Shown: piece by piece, positions 26,001 through 38,550 of the stretch | How the letters are laid out: each line of letters opens with the position of its first letter | How positions within the stretch are numbered: the stretch's first letter is position 1 | From: Gonapodya sp. JEL0774 | Lineage: Eukaryota | DNA: 64,000 nt | Reading direction: 5' to 3' | Assembly (NCBI GenBank): GCA_027604505.1 | Contig: JADIIX010000063.1 | Location: forward strand, 1 to 64,000 | Made by a program: the position numbers and the translations under genes | The notes under the pieces: model-generated | What the model was told of the DNA's origin: nothing | Seen by the model: the letters and a program-made list of their open reading frames with translations, nothing else | Databases searched by the model: none

Positions 26001-27144
26001 TCCAACTCACGTTGCGTCTCCGCTACTTCAATGAAGAACCTTCTAGGCCCAGACGCGTAATTGTCGTCATGGGAGGCGCGACGCTTCGGCCTGTGGAAAG
26101 ATTCCTCGACAAGATCTTCGACTTCCTTGGCAGACTTGTTGCGGCGGAGGTCACGCTGACGGATTTGAAAGGGAAATGAAAGGGGAGGGAAGTTTGTGGA
26201 TGAGAATTCTATGTGTAAGGAGGTGTTGCTGTGGTAGTGGTACCTCCCACATCGGCAGAGCACTGCTCGGTCCAACGAAGCGGCCCCTCGCAATCCTGTG
26301 AACCCAAATCTCTCCGAAGACGTGGCTCAAACGAACGCCTAGAGGAAATTTGTAACTGTGATTTTCCTGAGACGGTCCCTGAGTAATGAAAAAGGATCCA
26401 CTCTACATAGACTCATGCTTGCATTCAGACATCTCACTTCCAAAAATGAGCAATGAGAGCACACAGCATGAATAAACACCCAGCGAATAAAGCAAAGTGC
26501 ATTCGAGTGTGTGTGATAAGATGCGTGTCGATACACATATGTAGGTTGGGTTGTTCTGCCCCATGAAGATCCTCAACGGCCTCCATGCGAATTAACTTTC
26601 ACCGTTACTTCGCCATTACTTCTCCGTTGCTTGGCCAATGCTGTCATGTCCCATGACGAAAACTTCAAGGGACGGTGATCCCTGAAAACATGAACGAGAA
26701 ATCCACAGCAACGATACGCTTCACCATCGCATTCAACATTAGAGTTGATATGTGAGACCGTTGATTTGTACAATTCCTGTTTTCCACGTTCAAGTCCCTG
26801 ACGATCCATCCTTGTGCCACACGTCAGCAGTTCTGCAGTGTACTAACCGTGCTGAGCGTCCTCATCCTCCCCTGGCCAGACTGCCCTGCACGAGCTTTCA
26901 CTGCAGCCCAATCGGCTTCGCCTGCGTGACCATGAGCACGAGCATGACCGACATCAGGGTTATCGATTTCGCGTTCGAGGAAGTGGGATTTGGGGTCTGC
27001 AACAGGTGCATGAGCTGGTGGAAACAGTTTCGATACTGAAAGTCGTTTTCTGTGAATGGTTTGAGTTGGAGGTGGAGGCGAAGAGGGCAGAGGGGACGGT
27101 GACTGGCGACGCGGGGATGAAGACGCGCCCGAGGTTGGAGCCAT
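23031..27144 (-). CDS. NTH1: Neutral trehalase (GH37) with Ca-binding domain
   Basis: [113 protein letters not shown]. Confidence 0.96.
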
Positions 27145-27770
27145 GGGATCTGGTTCGGGGGCAAGCGGAGAATGTTTCGCAAGCCAAGAGCGTAAGCGAG
27201 CGCTGAGCCAGCCGAATAGAAAGCAGTCCGCCAGTTCTGCGATAGAAAATGGGTTTTCAGTTCGCCCACCTTTGGGATTGGTGCCCCTTATAAGAGTGTT
27301 GATGCAGTAAGCAGGTCGCGGAGGCGAATCCTCGAGGCAAAGCACCTGGGTGCCAGAGCATCCAAAGCCAAGACGATAAGGGCCTTTTACACGCAGACAA
27401 GTCTACCACGCGAGTTTGTATATGCGCCTAACGTAAAAAGCTTGATGGTTTTCAAGCGAGAATTGCGTTTGTGGATCGGCACTTGGTACCGATCGTCCAA
27501 GTGTGGGCTTCCCTTTTTGGGACCACAACTTTGGCACTCGGTGACGTAATAGCCAAATTGCGAACTGTGCCCAAATGCTCTTATTTTGCTAATAGGGCAC
27601 ACACACTGGAGGAATGGAGCCCGGTGTCCACAACTTTGGAAGGCCATTCATTCCTGAGAATTCTCATATCCGGTACGCCACGCAAAATGCAATCAACTAG
27701 TGTATCGTCTAAATGATGATGTCTCCATTTCAGTCGCCAACAAGCGCAAGGCCACCTACAACGTCAACTC

Positions 27771-30532
27771 TCACGTCTTTACCTCTGCAACCGTCCCGTT
27801 TTGGGTGGCCACGGCCCCTTCAGCTTTCGATCCCGTTTCTGCAGGTACGGCCACCTCCACTGGCTCACACATGTCCCGGATATGCGACGAGAGGAAGTAT
27901 TGCCCTGCGTGGGACACCACAGGTACGAACCTGGTTCCGGTTGTTGCCAGAGAGTGGAGTGTGTATGTGCCACATCGTGAAACGATAAATGAGCTCCACA
28001 CGGCACGCCACATGCCACTCAGTCCTCACCTCTTGTTGTAAGAGTATTTCTCAAACACTTTCACCTGATCCTTCTTCGCCGGGTACTCCTGCAACACCAC
28101 TACACCACCAGCAATGTCAACAAAAGAAACGATCAGTATCGACACCGCCTCCCCTCTGTTCTGTCACTGCACCTCGAAAAAAAAAATTCGGGAAGAACCC
28201 ACCATGCGCATTTGTTCCTCCCGCCCCAAACGAGTTTACTCCCGCCCACAACAACCCTTCCCGATCCTCCAAGCTCTTGTTCGTGCCCAGAGGAAACACA
28301 ACTTTGCCAGGGTAGTCCAGCTTCACGTCAGCCCTGAGCGTCTCAAAGTGGATGTTCGGGGGCACGGATCGGTGCATGAGGACCAGGATGGTCTTCATGA
28401 GACCCATAATGCCCGCTGCACCTTCGGAGTGACCTATTTTGAGAAGGTGTTCGAGGTGATGCGAAGGATGCGAAGGATGATGAGAGCTGGCCAAGGCAGC
28501 GATGATAGTTGACGCTCTCGCAGGTGCGAACTCACCAAACATTGATTTAACAGCCCCTACTACCAACGGCCTTTTCTCGGTCCTATCCGGCGCACCATCC
28601 ACATACAGCTCCTGAATAGTCTGGAGTTCCTTCCGGTCACCAGCCTTGGTGCCCGTCGCGTGTCTGATTGAGATCGAGGTCAGTAGTTCCACATCAGGTG
28701 AGACATCCACAAGCGCCACTCCACCAAAAACTCACGCCTCCACATAATCCAACATCCCCGCGGTCACCGCTCCTCGAGCCATCGCATCTTTCATTACTCT
28801 CCCTTGTCCCTCCACGCTCGGTGCAGCGATGTTTCTCGTCTTTCCGTTGTGCCCGACAGAGCTTCCCCGGATCACCCCGTAGATGGTGTCTCCGTCCCGT
28901 TCGGCATCGGCGAGGCGTTTGAGAAGGACGGCACCGCAGCCTTCGCCGCGGACGTACCCGTTGGCGGAGGCGCAGAAGGCGGAGGTGGTGTAGGTAGGGG
29001 AGAGGACGCCGAGGCTGTAAGTGGGCGCGGTGGCGGAGACGAGACTGTTCAAATGTCCAGAAAGGGTGACGGCAGTGCCAAACAGATGCCTACCGGTAGA
29101 GCATGGTGTACATATTCTGGATGATGCAGACATTTAAAACGCCGTCTGAGTTACTCGTGGGAGGTTCATCGCAGATGATCAACGTACCGGGTTTGTTATT
29201 ACGGTACTTCCACAAGCCAGCGCTACCTCACAATCTCCCATCAAGAGTGAGTTGCACGCCATGTGCACCGAGTAGAGGGAGCTACCAGGAATGTATCCAC
29301 GAGGATCGCCGTTCAGGTTTCTCCACAACTCTGATGTCCCAAGGGCGATCGACAACTAACAACAACTAACCTCGAGCAACCTGTGTCAAGAGTCATACTA
29401 GGGCCCTGAAGGCCGAGGCAGTATGCTACACGATTGGACGTGCCGAAAGTGAGGACGCCGACGAGAGTGTGTTTGTCCGGTTCTGACTGGTAGAGAGTCG
29501 GAGAAGAGACTAAGAACAAAATATTTTCTTCCTTACACAACCATCCAGCACTGATCTCTCCCAATTTTGTCCAATGCACCGCCCTTCCTGGGTTTGTCGT
29601 CACTTCTCTCGAGCAGTCCTCATCCACACGCCACCAGGCTTCTGTGCTCCTCCTCTGCCACCTTCGCCGCTGCCTCTACCGTCAACGTACCTGAAATCCC
29701 AGTGTCGCACCATCTGCGTTCGCAATACCAACATATGACGCGATGTTGTCCTTGCCGGCCTTCACTTTGTGGGCTGTTTCGTCCCAGTAACCGGCATCAC
29801 GGAGGGTGTCGCAGCAAACTGTGAGCATGATGTGTACCGGGATACATTAGTGAAAAATGATGATGAAGGGGTCGGACCATAGTCTTTGTCCGAGCGGAGA
29901 ACTGGCTCGACGGACAGAGAACCTCCTCTCAAGTTACCGGGGTACCACTGCCGGAACAGGTGCCCCCCAAAGAATTGAAATGACATAAAGCATGTTTTGC
30001 GCTTCCATGTGGTCCTGTGGGTATTGTTGCCCTAACCCAGAAGACACGAACACCATCAGGCACTTCCCCACTCCCGAGAGCTTCCAACACACCTTCAATA
30101 GCAACCCTTTGCTGCGCATCCATGGCTTTCACCTCGTCCTCACTGAGCCCGAAGTATTCGGGGTCGTACATTTCAATGTCCTCCAAGAACGTCCCTTTGA
30201 TTGCTGCGGTGTCGGGAATATTTGTACCCCATCGTTCGTTGGGGGGGCCGGTCCGGATATCTTTTCCCTCGGAGAGAACACGCCAATAGTCGTCCGGAGT
30301 TTTAATGTTGTTGGGGTACCGGCAACCCTTGATAAGCGTGAGAGAGTATTAGGTCATAGGTTTTAGTTTGGGGCTTTTCGAGCCAGTTTCAGATCCACAG
30401 GGTTCACACCATTCCGATGACTGCAATTCCATCTAGAGAGTGGAGAAACGGGCCATCGCGCGAGAGGGGTTGACGTGGGGTTCACAGTAACTCCGTATTA
30501 CCAGCATCCAACTCACCTGCCCATTGTACCAT
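27771..30532 (-). CDS. Free-standing type I PKS/FAS-like ketosynthase (KS only; no AT or ACP)
   Basis: Spliced MVQWA-DGIAVIGM-GCRYPNNIKTPDDYWRVL, YDPEYFGLS..MDAQQR, SNRVAYCLGLQGPSMTLDTGCSS, NGYVRGEGCGAVLLKRL, VEAHATGT, KSMFGHSEGAAG, GVNSFGAGGTNAHVVLQEYP, then a short tail and stop. Confidence 0.9.
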
Positions 30533-31133
30533 CGTGCTTTCCGCTGATCCGTTAATGTGTTCTGGGATTCAGATATGTAGTTGCAGCGCAGAGTTTGTGG
30601 ATACTTCCGAGCTCCGAAATCTATGAGTTCCAAGAAGTGGACAAACTAATCCCCGGGACGATGGCAAGATGTGAACCGGAACCAGTTGCACATATAAGTT
30701 GGCAACCCCCAAAATCATTGCGATATCTGATACGGCGCACAATGTACATCATAAGTAAAACCTTTACTTTCCTTTCGTCATTTCTGCAGGCCCCGCCATA
30801 CACCGTCCGCCCTACTGTTTCTTCTTCTGGCGGTCTGGTTTGGGTGGGTATGTACACGCCAGAGTCACAGGATACGACCTCGAGCCAGTGATTTTCAGGT
30901 ATGATAGCATGCTTCTTGGTTGGTTTGTGGGTTTCTAATATCTAAGAATGCATAAAATGTCACAAAATCGTCATGTCCAGATGAGGAGCTGGTGGGGAGG
31001 AGCGCTTTTCCGAGATGGAGCTGCATCCACATCGTCGAATTAAAATATCATCGATTCCTCCTTGATGCCCTTGCGGAATTCGATGTCGATGCGGTACACC
31101 GCGACCTCGTTTCCGAGTCCACCGATCCCGAGC

Positions 31134-33247
31134 ATGCCGTTTCGCCCAACAATCACACTCTCCCATCACTGGCGAAAATCCACACCATTGGTCGCCAGTC
31201 GAACACTGAAACAATGGAACGTCCCATTACTTCGGAACGCAAACAGTTTTTACTCATTTATGCTCTCGAATGGCAGGCAACCTCTCTCAATCACTGGCAC
31301 CGCTGGCGGCAACCACCGCACCATCCATTCCACCTCGGGCGATGAATCATCTGCGATTCTTAGAATTACTCTTCGTCAGACGCATCGGAGATCTGTACAC
31401 GGTCAGGACCCTGAGGATGCCGCCGATGTGGGGTGGACGTTGGCAGAGTTGAGCCCCACAAGCGAGGAAAAAATCCACCTTTCGGAAGAGAACGTTAGCC
31501 GCTCGAGATGCATACGTGAGCATGATGTCAGATCCGTGTGGACGTTTCACAAGTCGAACGATCTTAGTGCACGATACTGGCATGGTGCACAAGCGACCCC
31601 CTCGTTGTCGTCTCCAGTCGAGCAACGTGCCTTCAGTATTTCTCGCCTCTACCGCACTATTCGCCGTGCCATTCAAGTCGGTTTCTTTCCGAAAGATTAC
31701 CCTCACTCCGTCAAGCCCCAGTATTTCGGCTTCGTGAGTTGGAGTTTGTGCAACAACGTATTTGGGACGATTATGGGCGTGCTTAGCACTCAGGCGCTAA
31801 TGATGGCGCTGGGATTGGGAGCAGCTACGAGTGCAGGGGTGTCAGCAGGTATTAACTGGGTGTTGAAAGGTGGGCTACTCCCTTTCTCTGGAAACGGAGT
31901 TAGTGTAATCCAGAAGACTTATGTGGGAACTCCCAGCCCCCTTTCTGACTTGCGACAAAGACTTGCCCTTTAACTAAGTTTCGCATTGGGGGGGGGGGGG
32001 GGCCCTTGTGTTGGGGTCGGGGGGGTTTTTAGGGGGGGGTTGGGGGGAGAGAGGTGGGAGACGGCATGGGTGGNNNNNNNNNNCCCCATAACCCCTGCCT
32101 CAAACTCAGACGGAATCGGGCAGCTAGGAGGTGTTGTTTACGCCTCGCTCATGTCCTCAAAGTTTGACTCAGAGCCCAAACGATTCCGCTGGACTTCGAC
32201 GCTTCTCCTCCACGCGGCCACGTTACTAGAACTTCTCACACCAATGTTCCCACACCTGTTCGTCGTGGCGGCGAGTTTGTCCAATATAGGAAAGAACGTG
32301 GGGTGGCTTGCGCTCGGAGCATCTAAAGCAGCCATTCTCAAGACAATGATGTTGAAGGATAATTTAGGAGACCTCACGGGAAAAGCGTGAGTGGGCGTAC
32401 GGTTGACATGAACGGGGCATTCTCTGGAATTTCCCCTTCTTTACCCCCCAGTGGCGCACAGAACACATTCGCTGGCCTCGTCGGCACCGCTCTTGGTGTG
32501 CTCGTCTCGTACGCTTTCCCACCGACAACTCCAACGGCCCTCCTCACATTGTTTGTTCCCCTCTCACTGGCGTCAATGTTTTCAATCTTCATGTCCAGCA
32601 GAACCGTGGTGTGTGAAACACTCAACATTCAGAGGGGAGAGCGTATCGTCAGAGCTTGGCTACAAAGGGGTGAGGGGAAGGGGTGTCCACCTTTCACCAT
32701 TCTCAAAACCTCGACCAATCGAGTAGTCCCCACTCCGCACGAGGTATCATGCGTTGAAACGTTCCTCACTCGCTATCATTCCACATTTGCCGTCCCACTG
32801 GACCTTGAACCTCTTCTGGAACATCGCTTGCACACGGTGAAGTCAGACTCTCTCACCGCGGCATTGAGTGTGGAGGCAACCTGCAGATATCTTGTGTTGG
32901 TGGCGCAGGGACCGCGCCAAGCATCGTGGGGTTCACTTGGAAATTTATCGACGCATTCCAGCGGAGACGTGGTGTGCTTGTGGTATTCACCCACAGCGAG
33001 CGCCCCGGATCATATCCGCGGGTTTTATCATGCATGTGTTTTACGATACGTGCTTGAGCAGAAACATGGAACTACGCTGCAGGTCTCCGAGCAAATAGCT
33101 GCAGCCTTTGTCGACAAGACGGCAGGGGCTTTCCTCGATAGTTTGGAACAACAAGGGTGGAGTGTGGACTACGAGTTCCTGGCCGAGGCGGGGAGAAGGG
33201 TTGAGGTGGGAGACCGTAAAATTGATCTGAGCTCGCTCAAGGATTAG
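31134..33247 (+). CDS. RUS1/DUF647 (root UVB sensitive / C16orf58-like) protein
   Basis: FFPKDYPHSVKPQY, GVLSTQAL, AGINWVLK-DGIGQLG, FDSEPKRFR, ASLSNIGKN, NLGDLTGK, TLNIQR. Start codon uncertain. Confidence 0.9.
32074..32083. other. Assembly gap (N run) in an intron after a G-rich tract
   Basis: 10 N preceded by several poly-G runs (31988-32073). Confidence 0.95.
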
Positions 33248-33646
33248 ACCATTTCTACACGGACTCAAACACAACTATATTTATCCAAACGACACCTGAA
33301 TGCGGGGCACGGAATGCACCTCCCGTCAAAGAAGAACATGTTATATACTGCAAAAATTTCTCACTTCATCGAAGTCGCACTGTAATGCATTGATTGTGGA
33401 TTGCTTGTGGCCAGAAACAATTCTTCCGTTCACACCCTGGATTGCAAATATGCTTCCCTGCTCATTTCAGCTGGAAGTTCAACTTTACACACACGAAAGC
33501 TGTGCTTTGTTTTGACCTTAAAATAAATAGTTCTCGTGGACATGGGACGTCTTTATCCCTGAGCGGACCACAGCGATCACCAGGGAACAAAAGACATCCA
33601 GCTTTACCGACACACTACACACATTAATCGTCCAATACCCGAAGCC

Positions 33647-36579
33647 ATGTCTCCCGCTTCGGCATCCCACGTGACCATTCCTTTGCTCCCTGGCTACATA
33701 GTCGAGCCATCGTCCGGAAATCATAGACTCAGAGAGATGCTCGATTATAAGGTGAAGATCAAACAGAATTAGAGTATATGGTGGACGGCTGCCCATGAAG
33801 TGGGTGTAGAGGAGCGATCATTGGGTGAGAGATGGCTCCCGGAGTGTGTGAGAGGTGGTTGGATAGTTGGGAAGACCCATGCCTGCGAGATTGTCGCGGA
33901 GCTCCTTCCACCACAGCCCATGCTGCTGGGAAGGACGGCCGAGCTTAAGGAAACCTCAACAAAAGTGCAGCAATCGCAAAGCTGACCAGAGACGAGTATC
34001 TGAACAATGCTCCCAGGGATGGTACTCGCAGGTCAAGTAAAGCTGCCACGTTCTTGAAGAGCGTGGGCTCGTCCGGACCAGTGTGCCTTCCGCCAGAGAC
34101 ACTCGATTCCTACTCGTGTAGATGAGATGGTTGGGGGACCGCTGTTGTGAGACCGCACAACCTGACCTCCACCCCCCGATTCACGAACAGAACGGATACC
34201 CCATCCACCGTCCTCATCCAAACCCCCCTACATCTCTCTCCGAGCTCGCGGCTACTCTCGCATCAAACCCCACTCTGCGCTACCAGCTGCCCAAAGATCT
34301 CTACGGTGCACACAACCAGCAGGCCACCCGAAAGTTTGTTCCTGCATTTGTTGCCTACGACAAAATCGTCTTGGGATTTCATGCCTACTTCAAGCAAAGC
34401 GTTTACGAGAGTACCGAGCAGTACCTGCTCCGGAGGGTCAAAATTCAATATTATGTGGAGGTGAGACTCGAATCCGCAGAGGATGCCTCCACGGATATCA
34501 TACCTCTTCCCAACCAGGACGACTCTATTGCTGTTGTGGAACCACCTGTCGAAAACAGCGGCATTCCTCAAGGAATTCTCATCAAGCGGCAGAGGCTACC
34601 CAAATCCAGCACCGAATTCTACACCGTGAAGGATCTTAACTTGGCAACCAGTGTCACATTCTATGGACGGACGTTTAGGATTGTAGACTGCGACGATTTC
34701 ACTAGGGTGTGTAGCTGTGCTTTGTTGCCTCCTTAGTCAATAGTTGCCTCTCACCTCAACCCGTCGCCGTGCAGCGCTACATGGCCGAAACGGAGAACAT
34801 CACTCTCAACGCTCCCGAAGCCATGCCTCAAGATCCTCATCTCGCCGTACGCGCCCGGCTCAAAGGAGGTGTCCGGGGTCCCTCAGCCCTCTCTGGCGGC
34901 GCTCTGGGATCCCCCGCTCTTTTGAACCAAAGCTCGGCGGCGCACAACGGTGATAGATTGAGGAGGTTCTTGGAGAATGACAGAAAGGTGCTCAGGTTCT
35001 ACGCGGTGTGGGATGATAGGGCCACTCCAAATATGGAGATGAGGGAGTTTGTGAGCTTTTGCTGATTGGTCCTTGCGACGTTGTGCTATCGAGATGCAGG
35101 ACATTGATTGCACTACCCAATTTCGACGTGATTCTTGGCTCAGATTGTTCACTACTATCTTGTCGACGACACGGTTGAAGTCCGTGAAGTTCGCAAGGCC
35201 ACTACCGGCCGAGACATGTTCCCGCAGTTGCTAAGGAGGCAGCAGCTTCCCAAGGTGCTGAATGACCTTGTCGGTAAGTTCTCAGAGGTTCTCTTTTCTG
35301 ATGGTGAGATGACGACCTCCTTTCGAATGCTGTGGCCTCGCATTGTGGGAATGAATGTCCAGACATCCAGTTGGGACCCAAGTTCACGTGGAAAGACTTT
35401 CGCTTGGGCGGTACAGTTAGCGTACTCAACAGAGAGTTCCTCATGTAGGTCTCGGTATCCACATCTGTGCATTCCGGTTTCTATTAAACCCACTCTGCGA
35501 TTTTGTTCCCAGTCGCGACTGTGACGAGTTCACTCGCAATTATCTCCGAGAAAATAACCCCGAGCTCACACCCGCTGACCTTGAACCCATATCTGTTCCG
35601 GATGGTTCCACGTCCTCTTCTACCCCGGATTCGCCCGGATCCGAATGGCCACCTTACAATGGGTTTGGGACTGAGGAGGACTCGATTGGGTCGTGCAAGC
35701 ATTTGGTGTTGCAGCCGCCGAAAAAAGATTTCTTGAAGATGCTGGAGAATGAGCACAAGACGTTGAGGTTTGTAGCGAGGCTGGTGAGTCTTGGCAGTTG
35801 TGGCCCTCACGGAAGTTTGTCGACGCGATCTCGAAGTGAATTCTTTGCTTCATAGGACTCGAAGCATGTCGAGGATAAAGACAGGAGGTTTGTCCTCACG
35901 TACAGGCTGGCAGACGATACAATCACGATATACGAGCCACCACAGAGGTGAGGCGGCCGAATATCTCAACACTCCAACCGAAAATGAAACGTGGTTTTGT
36001 ACCCTATCCGACCGAAAATGAAAATGAAAACGCAAACAGAAATGCGGGTATTCTCGGCGGCAAGTTCCTGGAACGATCTAGAGTCCTCAAGTCGGGGCAG
36101 AAGCTCGGAGACCCAGCCGATCAAACAAAATACTACGGTGCGGCCGACTTGTCTGTCGGTGCCACTTTGGACATCTTTAAGCACAAGTTTGTACTCATGG
36201 ATGCGGACGAATTTGCGTTCAAGTGGATGGAAGAGAACCGGGGGCTGTTTCCACAGGCAGATGGGGACAAGGTCGTGGGTAAGGTACGGGCAGCTCTGGT
36301 GAAAGCACAAGTGAAGAAAGATGTGGTTGAAAAGGGATTGAGGGAGGTTGCGAAGGAAGGGAATGTTGCCAGGAGAGATTTTCTCCGTGTGGGCAGGGAC
36401 TTGTTCAAAGACGTGCTCACGGATCACGTGAGTCACGCCATTTTCCGTTGCGGTTGTTTTATTGTGTTTCTGTGGTGCTCATATAAGCGCACGCCTGCGT
36501 GTAGGAAATCATCACCTTAGCTCGGAAAGTCGGACAGGAAGGGTTCGTCAACATTGTTCAGTTACTCTCTCTTTTTTAA
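33647..36579 (+). CDS. EFHC1: EFHC1/Rib72-like axonemal protein (three DM10 domains)
   Basis: IPLLPGY N-terminus; FVPAFVAYDKIVLGFHAYFKQ..EDDSIAVVEPPVENSGIPQG; RFLENDRKVLRFYAVWDD; KMLENEHKTLRFVARL..RNAGILGGKFLER. Confidence 0.92.
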
Positions 36580-36691
36580 TAAGACTTTGGTAATTTCTTC
36601 CCTGTACAATAATATGAACATGCAATTTGATTTTGGACGACATGGAGAACCGAAGATCGTGTTCATCACTGTTTGCCCGTATGATCAAACA

Positions 36692-38280
36692 ATGGAAATG
36701 AATCTTGCTACATTGACCATACTTCTCGCCATTCTCCAGTTGGTCTGTTGCGACCCTACTTCTTCGCTTTATACCCACTCTGCCAACGACCGGTTCGTTG
36801 CGATACTGTCCACCCCGAATAATTCGGATCCATTCCCACCGTGAATGCTCGCTCATCCACTAGAGGTCTTGTCAAGAAGTCGATCAGTGCATCCAAACTC
36901 CTTCAAGAGCACAATCGTTTCACCAATCTGACTCAACACGAAAAGACAACTGATGCGGAGGTTATTTCAGATTGATGTTAGGGGAGCACGAACTGATATT
37001 GATTCATTATGGAATTTATGGCATCTTAAAGGTGTTGGCGTGGGTGACACCGTGGAATTCGCGGGGCTACGATATCGTGAAGGTATGAGAGTCAAATCAT
37101 TTTATCCCCTCCTTTCATCCACACTCTTTGAATACCACCGTCCTCGGTCAGATTTTCCGCGGGAAATTCGATTTTGTAGCGCCTTGTTGGTACCAACTCA
37201 TTAAAAATCCTCCGCCTACGGAGGGTTGGACTCTGAGGGGGGACCATGATGTTGACACGGCATGGATGACGGAAGTGAGGCGCCCTTGGGACGGCGGGAA
37301 GAGAGCGAAAATTGTGCCTCGGCTTGTGTTTGAGGGCGCGCGAAAGGAGGATTGGGAGCAATTCATCCAGGATGATGCGCAAATGGATCTGGTAGCGGAG
37401 ACTGTGTGGGGAGAGGTTGAGTGAGTTGGATGTAAGGACGGACGCGGATATTTGGACGCATTGTTGGTATATGCTTTTTTTTTTCAGGAAGCACAACTTC
37501 GACGGTATCGCCTTAGAAGCGCCCTTGCCACTTTCTTACTTGTACCTTTTCCTTCTTCGTCTTTCGGATCGTCTGCATAACGGTGGTCGTGTCCTCCTCT
37601 GCACAGTCAAGGTCTACAACCGAGACCACCCACAAATCGACATGTTAGATGGGCTTTTCGATGCGGGACACGTGAAAGCACTTGAGGGAGTGGTGGACCG
37701 CCTGACTTTGGTTACATGTGAGAACAGTCACCATCTTCTTTAAGTCTGTGCGATCTCTTGCGGGCTAACTGCCGTTCTGAAGACGACTACTCTACAAGTC
37801 TTGGCAGAAAAGGGCCGAACAGTCCCACCAAGTGGATCGAAGAAACCGTGAATCGATTGTGCCCAGAAGTAGCCAGTGACACTTGTCGAAAGATGTTGCT
37901 TGCAGGAGTTAACTTATACGGGAACAAGTTTGGCACTGGGGGAGGTGAGGCCATCGTTGCGAACCAGTATTTGAATATTTTGCGAGGTAAGTACAATTGT
38001 TAAGTCACCGCTTTTTCTCCGTCGATGTCTGTTCATCCACGCTGATGTGCTATGTTACCTAGAGCACAACCCCAAACTGATCTGGGATGACACCAATGAG
38101 GAACATTACTCGGCACTCGCAAATGGGGAAGAGGTTTGGTACCCAACGCCGTTGTTTCTGGAGACTAGGGTAGCATTGGCAGAGGACTTGGGGACCGGGG
38201 TTCATTTGTGGGAGGTAGGACAAGGTCTGGATGTATTTTACGTGAGTCTCCGAGTTGGGTTACGTGCGTGAGATTTTAAA
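36692..38280 (+). CDS. CHID1: Chitinase domain-containing protein 1 (GH18-like, probably non-catalytic)
   Basis: Signal peptide, VLAWVTPWNSRGYD, FRGKFDFVAPCWYQL, HDVDTAW, NFDGIALE (no DxDxE), GPNSPTKW, VWYPTPLFLETRVALAEDLGTGVHLWEVGQGLD. Last exon not resolved. Confidence 0.87.
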
Positions 38281-38436
38281 CCCTAATTGAGTCGGAATAC
38301 ATCATCTGTGTAACGTTTCGCACTTGGCAATTGTCACTCGTATAATGTTGTATTTGCACGTTTGTTCTAAATGAAAGGATATACTGTGAAGCAGCAAAAT
38401 ACATCTGAATTGACAGAGCATTTCCCGTGCAATGGT

Positions 38437-38469
38437 TCGGTGTTTGTTCGGTGTTTGTTCGGTGTTTGC
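38437..38469. repeat. 11-bp tandem repeat (ttcggtgtttg)x3
   Basis: Directly visible in intergenic DNA. Confidence 0.85.
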
Positions 38470-38550
38470 GAAGCGCCTGTTCAGTCAAACAACCTTCCCA
38501 AGGCCGCAGCACCCTTTGAGTATGGTCCACGCGGCCGACGTGCGAACAGA

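Noticed and set aside
33570..33590. RFX X-box-like site upstream of EFHC1 (atcaccagggaac)
   Set aside because: Too weak a match to GTTNCCATGGNAAC, and no counterpart was seen at the channel gene.
35974..36030. Repeated ccgaaaatgaaa units, and other short duplications (22691-22720, 28458-28480)
   Set aside because: Two to three copies in introns or UTRs with no regular spacers. These are slippage repeats, not CRISPR-like arrays.
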